Origin: Podospora anserina
Taxonomy: Eukaryota
Direction of reading: 5' to 3'
Assembly: GCA_017654855.1 (NCBI GenBank)
Contig: CM030334.1
Span: 248,001-312,000 of the forward strand
Length of the DNA: 64,000 bases
Shown one piece after another: positions 1-13,010 of the stretch. Each line of letters opens with the position of its first letter. The stretch's first letter is position 1. The notes beneath the pieces are model-generated. The model saw only the letters and a list, made by a program, of their open reading frames with translations. It did not search any database and had not been told where the DNA came from. The translations under genes and the position numbers were made by a program.

Positions 1-203
1 TTACCATGATTAAGATGTGAAGAAAAGTGACCATTACACCCGTACCTGGAAAGTGTTGGTAGCGAAGTCGATAGATAATCTTTGGTTCGACGCAGGTGTT
101 GTGTTACCGAGTCCTTATGACAACATCAATCAGGTTTGTGACTGATACATCACTAGGTCAGCAAGTAAAAGATCTTTATCCAAAAATTACGCACATTATA
201 TCT

Positions 204-1806
204 CTACCCCTCCAAAACAAACTCAACCACCCCATGTCCAGTCCCCTTACTATCCCTATACACCGCCTCAACCCTCAGCCCAGCCTCCTTCCCAATTCTC
301 TCAAACTGAGTCAACGACCTCTCCTTCCCACCAATAGCAAGCATAGAGTAGTCCTTGAAGGCAGCATACAGGGGCATCGGTCTCCCCGTCGTACCACCAC
401 CATCAGGGTTGATCTGCTCGGAAACCAAAATCCTACTATCCCGGCCCATCGCCCGTGCCACATTCCTCAAGATCAGCGTTGCTATTGGATCCGAATAGTC
501 CCGTAGAATATGCCTCAGGTAATAAAACCTTGCCCCTGTTTTCTTTCATGTCAGCCTCGTCAAATCCCACCCCCTTCAAGTAAAGCCACAAACCTTTCAC
601 CGTCATCTCCCTCATGAAATCCCCCTCCACCCACTCCACCGCCATCATCAGCTCATCCCCTTTCGCCTCCATCCTCCCCTGATCAACCACTCCCGCCAAA
701 TCAACCACCACGCATCTCCTATCCCTCAAACCGGCACAACCCTCCCTGAACCGCCTCAACACATGCCCCCCACCCCCACCAACATCCACCCACATCACCC
801 TCCCATCGTCCTCCTCCTCCACACCATCCAGCATCTTCCCAAGAGGATAAACTCCCGTCACCGGCACCCTCCCCGACGCAACCCCCATCGCCCTTGTGAA
901 ACCCCTCATCCTCTCCTCGTCCTTAGCCACACTCTCAAAGTACCCCAACTCCGCCTCCCCCGTCAACACCGTAACAGGGACATGGCCTGGCCCCACCGGT
1001 TCCTTTTTCCCGTAGGTGTCAAAGTAACAAGGCAAAATGTCAGACACCCGCACGATATTGGTGTACATCAAGTCAAACATGGCCGCCATCGGCTCCGACG
1101 ATCGCAGCAACAACGAGGTTGGTGTGTGACAGAGCTCTCCGTTGTGTGTAAGAGAGAGAATGCGGGAGGAGGTGAGCATGGTTGATATCCTTGCTGTTTC
1201 GGTCATTAGCCCCGGTTCTATCAAGAACAAAAGGGGGGAGAGGGGATGAAACCCACAGACTATCCCTTCTTCCGCATTGATCTGTCTGGCGATATCGCAG
1301 CAGGCAGTCCCTTGGGTTGGGGGTGATGTGGGGAGCATGTCAAACACACCCCAGTGCTGGAACAGTCTGACGGCGGAGACGACAGACATGTTGGCAAAGA
1401 GGGACATGATGGCATCGGACGGAGGGCGGACAGCGGCTGCCAGTTCGAGCGCTGCTGTGGCCACTTTCAGGCGCGCCGGCTCGCTGCCGGAGGTGGCATC
1501 TGTGATGTCGGTGGTGATGTCGTCTGCTAGTTTGAGCAGACGGCTGCTGCTTCCAGACGGGCTCGAGCCGTTGAGACGGTTTTTGATGTGTCCGACAATC
1601 TTGCGAGCGTCGTCCTTGGGATGAGGTGTACCTGCAACCCTTCCCTCGGCTGTTCTCCAGATGTCGTCATCGGTCGCTCCACGATCAGGGCCGACACTAG
1701 GCACCTCGATTCCACACAAGGAGAGGTGGACCGGCTGTTCGTCTGTAGTTGCCTTCTCTCTTGACAATAGGCTGGAAAACCGCGTTTCTGTCTGTGTAGT
1801 CGCCAT
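204..1806 (-). CDS. SAM-dependent O-methyltransferase-fold protein (Methyltransf_2/COMT type), 2 introns
   Basis: ORFs 436..1893 and 204..470 join via an intron at ~537-594; a second in-frame intron lies at ~1194-1256. SAM motif VDVGGGGGH, GDFM, spliced GARFYYLRHILRDYSD, C-terminal GGKERSLTQF. First ATG at 1806, TAG at 204-206. Confidence 0.88.
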
Positions 1807-2557
1807 TCTTGATGGCCAAGGCGTTTTTGTTGCAGTTTGTGTAACTCGGAGAGTGTGCTCTGTGCTGGCTGTCAGTAGGTCGTCTTCACCCACACGGTGA
1901 AGGCAAAAGGACGGGGATGCATTTCATGGCATGCGGAAAGCAAGGCATGTATATATGAACCTGGCTCTTGTGTACCACAGCGGCAGATGACTTCAAATAG
2001 CATCAAGCGTTGCTGGTTGTTAATTGGACAACGCCCGGATCGATGGATGGAAAGCGGCCCCTTGCCGAAGAGAGATGAGTATACAGCCAGGGTCCGCCAA
2101 CTTTGCAAGTCTTCCGGGACCGAAGGCGCTGGTCGGACACGCAGCCGTTCTTATACTCCGACGAAGCCTGTCGCCATGTCTAGTGTTGATGCCGACTTCG
2201 GCTGTAGGAACCCTCCCGACGTTGTCAGCCGGGCCTTGATGCAGCTGGCCTTCGTGGCCGAATCTATTGGCGGCTGCATGCCGAGTTCTGTGGCCCGCTG
2301 GGACCCGTTGCTTGGACTTCCCTTTGCTGCCGGTCGTTGAACTGATGCCGACGTTTTCGGGCCACGGTTCAGACAAAGCAGGGGGAAGCAAGCTGACGTG
2401 AAAAGTACATTTATTGAGACTTTACTGAAAAGGGTATATTCTTCTTCCCGAACCAATGATCGCTTCGGATACTCCACGCAGTCCTGATGAAACCCCCTTA
2501 TGCTCCCACGCAACCGCCCAGATACCCGTCATCTGGATCGTGTCCCTGAACACCCAA

Positions 2558-4751
2558 TCAAAAGTGTACGTTATGGTGTCCTTGGAAGCCTGTAGAATTC
2601 CCCCACGGGGCTCCCTGGTTTGCTCGTTGTGATGAGTGTTGCGTCATGGGCGCCGACTGGTAAGCAAGCGTGGAGGGATTTGTACCAGGGCGTGACGTCG
2701 GCAGGGCATGACGGCCGTCCTTCTGCATATTTCGTGCAATGGCACTTTCCACCATATCTCGTCTCGTCTCAAGATAAGACTTGATGTCGGTTGTTGTCCT
2801 GTCAAAATGGTCTGCCAAGGTCTTCACCTGCTCCCATCTTTCTCCATACAGCTTGAGTGTCTCATTGACCTTGTCGAGACAAGAGTTGCTCCGCGCGATA
2901 GCATCAGAAAGATCCTTGTCCAATCGTTCAGGAAGGGGGGGGTTTTGTTGCGGCGGTTTGGTGGCTCCCAGAGATTGCCATAAGTCACTTTCGCCTGGGT
3001 CCCGCAGCACTGTGACCAGTTGCGAGCCCATGAAGAAAACTTTGAGGGCATCATGATAGGTGTAGAAGCCCTCGCTCGGGCTGGCCTTGACAACCTCGTA
3101 CATCCTGTAAAGGTAACGTATGGTGTGTTCAAAGATCAGCAGGCGCCCATGGTCGGTAAGTTTGGGTGTGCGCGGACTAGGAACGACCAGATAAACAGAG
3201 CTGTAATCGAGTTCCAGATCAAACGCGGTGCGAATTGTGGCCGGAAGGTCCAATGTGAGCTCCTTTGACCATCTCTGCGTCTCGTGATATTTCTGCCACA
3301 CGTACTGGACGGGATCCCGAAGAGGGTCGTTTGAGTCGGTTTGTACCAAGGTCTGGTACCAACCCGACTGCAGTCTTCGAAGCTCGAACAGAGGAAGAGA
3401 CGGATCTGACCTTTCATTGTCCACAGATGGACTCGGGAGCCGCACGGATATGTCGTCATCCTTGAAGGAAAAGGGGCGAGCGTGGACCATGCTGATTGCT
3501 CTGAAATGTGTGTCAGCAGAAGTTCATGACTCGATGGTTGATGGACTGAGACGAACCTATCCAGAGCATATACACAATAAAAAGTACGTCGGCGCGCATC
3601 TATTGTGTCTTTGCTCGACTGCTGTGTGAAAGTGTGGTCTTTGTGGAAGCCCAGGTCGATACAGGCCCGGCAGGCAAAGCCTATGAGGTGCCAGCTGTCA
3701 AAGTGAGCTGGGTCGAGCATGGAGTACTGCGTGAGAAGCACGAGAGCCTGTATTTGAGTGGTGTATCCGGGAACAAAGGCGCGATCGGCGTAGGGTAGAG
3801 CGCGAGCCACATACTGCAGGGCATCATAGTAGTTTCTGTCGTTCACAGCCTTGCTCTGGGCGGCAGAAGCGATGGCCATGACCATCCAAAAGAGCCAGTA
3901 TTCAGAAGACCTTATGCCGCCCAGGATGCCGAGGTCTGCGTCGTCGTAAATCTTGGGAACGAGAGCTTTCAAGTCTGCGGTTGGGAACAGGGGATAGAGA
4001 GGCAGGATATTGTCTTGGTAAAATTGGAAATTGGCCTCGGCCACTTCCTGATACGGAAGTTCGTCAGTGTTTGGGTCGGGCAATGTGTCATGTTGTGCGG
4101 CGGCCAGAACGAGACGGGCAAAGCTCATAGGGTTCGCCGACTCTTGTTGAGTGTCGAAGCCGGGAGTAGTGGCATTGACAGTCAACAGGCCAAAATCGGA
4201 TACCAATGTGTTGAAGTCTGCTTTTTCGCGAGTCCGGGCAGCTTTACGATGTATGGCAGCGGTGATGTCGACCAGCGAGTCCCTCCGTTCGGAATCCTGC
4301 ATCGTCATGGTGTTATCATCGACTTCATGCAGAGCCACAGATGCCTTCCGTGACCGGGCATGGTTCAGTCTGCGATCAAGCTTTTCCACCCTTGCCTCGA
4401 GGGCAGCAACCCAGCTCCGCTCCTTGCCGCGAGCAAACTGTTGGTCACTGGCCGCCGAGCATTCATTCTCACGACCAGCCTTCTCACAGGCGGTACAGGC
4501 CGGCAACTTGCCATCACACTGGCTCAGGGGTCAGTCAGGGGAGGCTGTGACGTGGGGATACATGAAGGAGTTGGGGGGGGGGGCAACTCACCTTGACTTT
4601 AGCTACCCGACCTGTTGTTATACACGAGGCTGGAGTCAACAACGATGCTCTGGATCAGCATGGAAAGAGGCTTCTCACATCTTGAACAGGCAGACACGGG
4701 CCGAGACACGCGAAGGTGAGGGTTGTGGGAGAAGCTGGACCGGGTACGCAT
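2558..4751 (-). CDS. Zn2Cys6 transcription factor with fungal TF middle domain (Stb5/Ppr1-like), 3 introns
   Basis: Spliced N-terminus MRTRSSFSHNPHLRVSRPVSACSRCRVAKVKCDGKLPACTACEKAGRENEC has all six Cys. It is followed by the coiled coil VAALEARVEKL and the middle-domain motifs CIDLGFH and RRRTFYCVYALDR. ORFs 3136..4506 and 2558..3490. Confidence 0.9.
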
Positions 4752-6258
4752 TGTGTGGGGTCTTGTTGAAGGGAGTGGAGCTCAGGGTCAACTCCCTGGC
4801 TGTGGTGCGCCCACCTAGACGGTGTGGTTGAGGTTGAAAGCAGCTGTCTGTGGTGACTTTGGCTTCTCGTCCGGGGCCGGTGCTGCTACGCTGTGGATCA
4901 GCCCTTGTGAGAGGCGCGTCTCTGATGTCGAGTGAGAATGAGATGGATTGGGGACTGACTGTCTTTGATGCGGGACAGCTGGGTGTGAAGAGCACGGGAA
5001 GTGGGGTAGCGAGCGAGGCAAGGCGGGCTGGATGGATATCCGCCCCTTGTTCGGATTTTTTCTTTCCTAGCCGTGTCCTGCTGGGTAGATAAGGTATCTG
5101 AGGTACCTCCAGCAAAAGGCGATGGAGGACGGGAAGAAGACTGATCAAGGAGTACTTGCCATCCGGATTTGCTATCTATGACCTCTTCCACCAGCTGTTT
5201 CGATTTGGCCCCCAAATGTGGCGTGCCCGGCGCAATACAGGTGAAGTGAGGCGTTCAGCCACGATATCAGACGGCTGTCAAGTGTCAACTGAACAGATCA
5301 GGGGCTGAACCGGCTTGGCGGGGTTTGAAAGGAACCTGTCGCCAAGGCTGAAACCCCACATCGCGTTACTGCGCTGGACCGTAGTGGAGACTTCAAAATC
5401 TGACGGATCAAAGTCCGTGGAAGGCTTCCAGAACTTTTGCCTAGTAGGATCAGCAACTGCCCGCATCTTGCATTTGCCATCTCATGAGACCAGATCTGAA
5501 ATGGTAGATTGGCGTGACTGGGTGACTGGTGCTGCTGTCTGGTGCGGGTGGACGCTCTGATGGCGGGGTACACCTGCTGGAACAACCCCACCTTTCCCGG
5601 ATCCCTGAATCCCTGCCTGCCAGTGCCCGAGTGCCGTTCCGAGTCCACAGTCAGCTGAGCAAGGTCGCTGCTCAAGCCTCAAGCCTCACCTACTTTAGGT
5701 AAGCCACGGTGGTGGTGATGGCGTGGGATATACGAGGGGTGGTTATGTTGTTTAGGTACAAGGTAACTTGGAACACAATTAGCTAGTGGCGCGCATTCTG
5801 ACCTTGTCCGGGCAGAATTGGATGTTGATCATGTTGACCTTTGGTCAGCTGGGTTAGGTTCAATGGAGACCTACGGCGAGGTGGACAGGGGCTGTGTGTG
5901 CCGGCGAATCGGGAGGAGGACTGCCTGCCCTGTCCAAAAGGATGCCCGCGAGGGAACCTGGAACGTAGGCAGCGGCAGGCCCGCCAGTGCTTCTCCAACC
6001 CAGACTTTGAACTTTGATCTTTCTAAGGTAGGGGTATCACCGTCCAGTGTCAATTCTCTCGACCATGTCCAGGCTGTTCCAACGCATTCGCATTATCATT
6101 CTCCTAGCCTGAGCTGCCACGGACAACCACCCAAACACCGCCGCCGGGCAGCACGTTACCCCAGCGAGGTGCCTGGGCACATCGTCGTCGCGCCCGCTCT
6201 AATCTCCCGTCGTCCGTCCTCCCCATTCCATATTCGTAACATCGAGACTCCAATAGAC

Positions 6259-9200
6259 ATGGACGCTGCCACTCTGCTGCGCCAGACCATTGGCGCGTAT
6301 GCCCCGCGACCACTCCAGCCAGGCCACTTTAACTACCCACGCCGTCCGCCGCCCTCGCATCTCGGCCATTTTGGAGAAAACCTGAGCAATGGGCCGGCCC
6401 AACACCAAGGGACGGTGCATACCTTGACAGCGTGCTGCAGGTGCAGACAGGTACGGCCCTCACTCCCAGGGATCCTTACCCTGTAATGCTGCAGAGCTGC
6501 TTTTGTCTGAGTTGGTACAACCTGAGCTGACGCTTGCCTATCGACGTAGAGGAAAACGAAATGCGATCCAGCCCTCCCACGATGTAGTCCCTGCGACCGC
6601 GCCGGCCAGACATGCGAGTACTTCGACACGACAAAAAACCGCAAGATGAACCGGACCTACGTTGTAGACCTCCAAAAAAAGGTCCAGCGTCTAGAGGCCG
6701 AACTCGAACAGCTCACGGGGGAGGATCCAAACGATGACGACGACATGGTAACGCCAGGCGGGCTGGTTCATTTGGACAAAAAGTCGGTCGAATCCCCTCG
6801 GTATCTGGGCCCCAGCAGCGGCATCGCAATGACGCGCATTCTCATGGAGGAGGCGAAACGCTATACCGACTCCCTCCGCATCTCTTCCTTGATCCCGGAA
6901 TTACGCTCCAGGAGAATCGACCAGCGGGACCGTATGCAAAGCGTTGTCATGGGAAGCTTCAGCGGACCCTCAGGTCCCAGGGCAGTCGACTTTCCCTTGA
7001 CGGCCGATATTCCTGCCAAAGAGTTCCCCACGAGAGCCATGACAGAGAACCTGTGGAGAGTTTTCAAAGAAAGAATACAAGTATTCACCCCGGTTTTCCA
7101 TGAGACTGTCTTTGCTCGAGATCTCGAGGCCGTTTTCAATGGTGATACGGACCACTACCGCCTCTTTGCTGTCAACATGATGATTGCCATCAGTCTGGCC
7201 AAGGTCGACAGGTGGGCCGGATTGCCAGATACATACTACCTTGCTGCCATGGAGCATTTCGACCACGTTGTCAGACCAAAGGATCTGAAGACCTTACAAT
7301 GCTTGATCTTGATCGTACAGTACTCGCTGCTGATGCCCATCAAGATTGCCGTTTACCACGTGGTTGGGCTTGCCATCAAAATATGCCAGCAATGGGCCCT
7401 CGGGGACGAAAACACATTGGCCATGGGTGACAGCGATCTTCAAAGCCTTGATTTGAAGAGAAGGTTGGTCTGGATTGTGCTCACGACCGAGTTGGGCCTC
7501 GCCCATATGCTGGGACGCCCCAGCGGGTTTTCGAGAACCGGTGACATGATAAAGGTGAAGTTCTTCGAGACGATTCAGGATGAGGACATCACGCCAGATG
7601 CGACGCCCGAGAGCATCCTACAGGGTCGCTTCTGTGAACGGAAAACCATCGCCATACATTACTGCAAGATGCGGCTGATGCAGGCCGAGATCCGGCGGGT
7701 GCTCTACGAACAGGAACGACCGGCACGAATAACGGATGTAGATCCTTGGTTCCAGCAAATGGACCAAAAGTTGAAGGATTGGCTGGACTCTTGTCCAGAA
7801 CAGCCTCCCCTGTTCAAGCCTTGGTAGGTGGGCATATCAGAACTCGTTTCTTCAAATGGCTGACCGGTATTGATCCAGGTTTACAAACCGATATCACGCC
7901 GTCATGATCATTCTCTACCGGCCATCACCCCAAGTGCTTAAGCCAACTGCCAGGGCGGCTAGAATTTGCTTTGAAGCAGCAAAGTCCATCATCACATCCT
8001 CTTCGACAGGACCTGATCGGGAGCAGCCCACGTTCGACCGGACATGGGTGTTCCTGCAGACCATCAACTCGTCGCTCAATGCCCTTCTCTGGTCTATTGG
8101 GTACCCTGAGGTTCGAGCCCAAAACAGCCGCGAGGATGTTGAGCAGCTTGTCCAGGATGGCATCAACATCATCACAAACTTCCACCCCAAATGGCCAGGC
8201 GTGCAAGAGGCCATCAACCTGTACGAAGTCTTGTCAAAGGCTTGTCTGCAGAGCTACACAGCCAAAGTTACGTTTGAGTTGTCGTCCCCCATGCCCAGTG
8301 CGCCCAATGGCCACTTCAAGTCGCCGTTTTTGACTGAAGACGGCAATTCTCCCGACTCGGAGAACTCGTCACCGCAAGGCCAACAGTCACACTCGGCAAC
8401 ATCTCTCTTCAGCAACCAGTCGCCATTCGGGTACAACATCGAGCCCCCTTACAACTTTGACCAGGGTGCCCAATATGCGAACCAATCGCCGTTTCAAAAC
8501 CAGCCCGCCTTTCGGTCAAACTCAATCTTCATGAACCCGATGAGCTCCTTGACAGATGCACACGGCCGGCGACTCTCTGAACTGGCTCCCGAATCCACTC
8601 CCTACCAAACCCCGGCCGCAGAGCGAAAGGCAGGCACGCCGCCGATGCCTACAGGGACACCAAGCTCGCTGCCAACTCCCCCAGAGTCGCTCCCGCCACC
8701 ATCGGCAAAGTCCAGCCACATGAGCCTTTCGCCACGATTGGTTGGCACACCCCGAGGTCCAAGCCCGACTCCCACGCCAACGCTCCATCATGCAAGCCCA
8801 CTGCCAATGGTCACCCGGCACAGTCCTGTTCCCGCTACTCATGGACTTGCTGAGTACGGCTTTGGGCAACCCTATGGGCAGCAACAGCCTGGCCCACCAA
8901 CTTCCTCCATGGCGGCTCCATCCAACATTCCAGCCTTCACAATCCCTCCTATTCCAGGCTCCAATGCCCAAAGAGCAACGAGAGTGACCAACTGGAGCAA
9001 CCCGCCCGCACCGATACTCCAACCACACACGTTTGCAGGGGCCAACTCGGCCAGCATCTGGGAACCCCCAACCCAGCAGCAAGGAGGTTATGCCTTTGGT
9101 GGCCCCAGCCTTCAACATCCACCACCACCGCAGTTCTCTCTGCCACCAGCGCCAGCAATACAGCATTCCGCCCAACCACAACAACAACAACCACCACCAC

Positions 9201-9637
9201 CACAACAACAACAACACCAAACCCTTCAGCCACGATCCCATCATCCACCATCACACCAGCTACAACCACACCAGCTACAACCACACCAGCTACAACCACA
9301 CCAGCAGCTGCACCAACAACAGCACCAACAGCAACAACAGCAACTTCCACAACAACAGCAACAACAACAAACTCAACAGGCCTACAACCCCTACAGCCCG
9401 TACCACAACCTACCGATGGAAGGCGCCCCGTGGCATAACTCTACCTCGGCCGGGGGTCTCCTCTCGTGGGAAGGATACGGGAACCAGTACTTTGGCAATG
9501 AGCGCCACGATAGCTTGACGCAAGAGCAGCAGACGCAGCTGCTCAACATTCTGGAAGCGGATGGCATGAGTGATATTTCTGCGTATCTTGCCACTGGCAA
9601 CGCTGCCAACGGTGGCCACGGCACTGGGAATTGGTAG
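6259..9637 (+). CDS. Zn2Cys6 transcription factor (UaY/Ppr1-like) with long P/Q-rich C-terminal region, 2 introns
   Basis: ACCRCRQ|intron 6451-6549|RKTKCDPALPRCSPCDRAGQTC; YLGPSSGIAM motif; DLKRRLVW...LAHMLGRP middle domain. Second intron ~7825-7878 joins ORF 7904..9637. Confidence 0.9.
9178..9372 (+). repeat. Coding CAA/CAG repeats including a 15-bp tandem repeat (CACCAGCTACAACCA x3, HQLQP) at 9254-9298
   Basis: Read directly; encodes the Q/H/P-rich tract of the transcription factor. Confidence 0.9.
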
Positions 9638-9973
9638 ATGTTTGTGACATGGATTGACACTGGGCATGTTGTTTTATTTGTGAGGGGGTTATATTCACCT
9701 TGGAACTTGTGTGTGTGGGGGGTTGAGGGGGTGGTGGAAGGGGGCTACAGGAGTTGACGGGATACCTAAGCGTTGATTTTACTCATTTCTTTTTGTGTCT
9801 GGTTGTTCTTGGATACAAGTAGGTTTGCAGATTATGGCCACTGTGTTACTTTGTACAGTTGATGGATTTGTATATAGACTATTTTTCAACACAAAACATC
9901 AACGAGTCGGTTGGGCCCCTTCCCTTCTACTTGGTACAATGATATCGCAATCATGCAGCCAACCAGCCAGCAT

Positions 9974-10330
9974 CTAAACCTTCTCCGCCTCACCCCCAGG
10001 AGCAGCGGCAGCAGGAGCAGCAACCTTTTTGACAGTCCTCTTCCTCCTCTTCTTCCCGTCCCCGGGAACGATCCCCGCATTGGGCGGCGCATCCAACACC
10101 CACCTCGCCACTGCCAAAGCCCTATCGCTCCCAACAGGGTACTCCTTCTCGAGCTCATGCCTACCTGGCCCACCACCATTCCCATTCCCTTGGGCACGGG
10201 CAACAACCCCGCCATTCCCATCGCTCGTGACCTTTTGCCCGTCAATGTCTAAATTCCCGATTGCCCCTTCTAAACTAGACCCATCATCATCCTCATCATC
10301 ATGACCATTTGCCGGGAGTAGTAGTAGTAG

Positions 10331-10373
<43 letters not shown>

Positions 10374-12493
10374 GGTTGTTGTGGTTGTTGTGGTTGTTGT
10401 GGTTGTTGTGGTTGTTGTGGTTGTTGTGGTTGTCCAGCCACAACACCGGATGTTATCTGCGCGCGTAGCTCAGCCACGGCATTCGCAAGCTGGTAGTCGT
10501 GCTCCGCCCTTAGCTGCCTGGCCAGCACGGCCTGCCGGAAACTCGGCTCGTCGCTCACCCGCTCGTCGCCCAAGGCGTCGAGAACAATCTGGTGATGCAA
10601 GCGGTCCTTGCGCTGTTTTTCTGTCTCGACTGGGACAGGAAATGGGAAGGGGGAGGGAAGCTCCTTCAGTTCGGTGGATACTTCTGATCCGGTGGTGTCT
10701 GACGACGGCAGTGCAGGTTTGGACTGCGGCGGCTGGTGCTGAAGATGATGCAGCGGAGAGGAACCATTCGGGTGCAAAACGGGCACCGGAGCTGGCGCGC
10801 AGAGATCATCCCATGCGCCTGCTAGCTGGATCCAGTTTCCTCCTGCGCGCAGAACCTCGACCCAGTCCGTGCGGGCGGGGGAGCGACTAGCTTGGAAGGC
10901 TGGGTAGCCGTCTGCTAGGCGGGCCAGGCGGGCGACCATGTAGGCGTGGCGGAGGAGCTCCTTGGCCGAGGTCTGGATGAGACAGTGGCAGAGTAAGAGA
11001 GCGTGGAGAGCGTCGGCCAAAAGAGGGTGGTATGTCAGTGTTTCTGTGGTGACGGGAGAAAGAACGGGCGGAGGTGGCTGGTGTGCCTGCATTGAGGCTA
11101 GGTCCGTGATGGGATACGGCGGGAGATCTGGTGGTGGCGAAGGAGCAAACAGATCCGAGAGGACGTAGATGCGGTGTGGTTTCTGTGCGGTTCTCTCGTC
11201 GTTTCCAACGGGCGACGCAGACTTGGTGGTGTGGCGGGGAACACGGACGCCGTTGGCGATAGAGTTCACCTTGCGGGCAAAGTCCTCGGCGATGTCCAAG
11301 GGTAGATCGGGCGAGTACTCGAAATGGGAAAGGTAAGTCATGTAGTCACGAAGCGCCCGCTTCGCATTCTGTCTCACATGCTGCCTCGCCTCCAGAACCT
11401 CGGGGGACAATGGCGGGGAGGCCTGGTCGCCGTCGCTGTCCGGTTCTGGCTCTTGGGGAGAGCCGTCCGGGAAGGCTGCGTCAACATGCTGGCAGGCCAT
11501 GGTGAGGTAGACTCCAGCACGTTGGAACAAAAGCTGTGTCTCCAGGCTGCTCGGCTGCTCTTCTTCCTTCAAGACAACATCCTCGGTTCTTCGCGCCGTC
11601 CTTTGCGCCACCTGCTGCTCGGCTTCGGCCTCCTTTCCTGCATAACGGTGGGTTGGTCGGCGAAGGCGATGGACCCTCAGGGCGTCTGTGAAATCGGCGA
11701 CGGCCCCTTGAAAGTCCTCCTTGAATATCTTGACGATGCCTCGAGTCCTCAGAGGCTCTGGGTCCGAGGGATTCTCGTGTATCGCTTCGTCCAATGGCTG
11801 CAAGCTCGTGCATTCGGCAAGCTGTCGACTCGGAATCTTTTCGTGAAAGAAGTGCACATATTTGGCGTCGCTGTCGTCCGGACTCCGTTGAAGCACCAAA
11901 GAAGCAACCTCCTCCAGTGCCGAAGCGCTCTGCATGGTCGAGACGCTACAGGCTACTTCATCCAGCTTGTACGCCTTGCAAAGCTTGTGGGTCGCATCTT
12001 TTCGCATTCGATGTTTTCTCTCCGGACTTAGCTTTGCTTGGTTTCCTGGACGAAAGCCAAACCCCAGGCCCAACGCGGCTGCATGGTGTAGGCCGGGGAT
12101 GCTCTGCTGGCTGAGAGAAGCAACGCCGCTCGCCGCGCGCACAGCCAGGTCAATGGCCTCGTCGACGAGTCTCCTAATCTTGACGAGGTCGAAAAACACG
12201 GCAGGATCGATCGGGCGGGGTCGAGGGGTGTTGTAATTGATATTGGCCAGAGTCTCAATGACCTCGGGGGGGAGCTGGAGCCATGGGCCGTGGAAGGCGG
12301 ATATGTATCGCCAGTGTCTAGGAGTTGACAAGACACCAAGTCAGCAGGGGGGAACAGCAGGCAGTGCAGGACATTGGGCGCACTTGTTTCTGCATATTAT
12401 GAGTTGCTGCTGGGACCTAACCAGTTTCTGGTGGCCGAGGTCGCTTTCAGCCTCGACGAGGTCCTCTTGGGACGAAGACTTCTTTTTGGCCAT
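9974..12493 (-). CDS. Conserved fungal protein with TPR-like helices and a PQQ/polyQ tract, 1 intron
   Basis: ATG 12493 (MAKKKSSSQED...LIICRNK) splices to ORF 9974..12331 (HWRYISAFHGPWLQLPPE). TPR-like segment PEPLRTRGIVKIFKEDFQGAVADFTDALR; basic KKRRKR near the C-terminus. Confidence 0.82.
10318..10432 (-). repeat. Compound coding microsatellite (CCACAACAA)n-(CAA)n-(CTA)n encoding (PQQ)n, polyQ and a short polyL
   Basis: On + strand: (GTA)n, then (TTG)n, then (TTGTTGTGG)n. Confidence 0.95.
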
Positions 12494-13010
12494 GGTTGTT
12501 TGCTATGAGGGCTGTTTGGAGGAGGGACAGATGGACAAGAAGAGCCTTTTACGGCCAACAATGGACGGAGAGAAGCAGTCGAAATATGGCCATTGGAGTT
12601 ACCCCAAACGTCCGTGATCCATGTTAAAACTGTAACTGGAACTGGAACTGAAAATCAGAGGTTCGACTAAGCTTCCGGCCGTGGGTAAGTACTGAGAAGG
12701 ACCACTTCGTGGTACATATGACGCGGGTTTTCCACCACCCCACAAAATGCCAAGGCTATCACGTGAACCCCTCGCTTCGACCTCTTGCATATATTTCTCG
12801 GTGAGAATTACATTCCAACAAACGGTCACTTTCATTCTTTGCAAAATTATTACTAAACAGACCCGTAGTAGGTACATTCTCTCTTCCACGAAGCGAAAAA
12901 ATAAAATATCAAAAAGCCAAGGACGCGTAAACAAGTGTAAATGTGAAGAAATGACGAGAAGAAAGACAGAGCCTCCAGATCCATGGCGCATATTACATGA
13001 TGTGAACGCC

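Noticed and set aside
12599-13010. C-terminal part of the 602-aa LysM ORF
   Set aside because: It arises by reading through introns into the 3' UTR; the spliced model stops at 13011.
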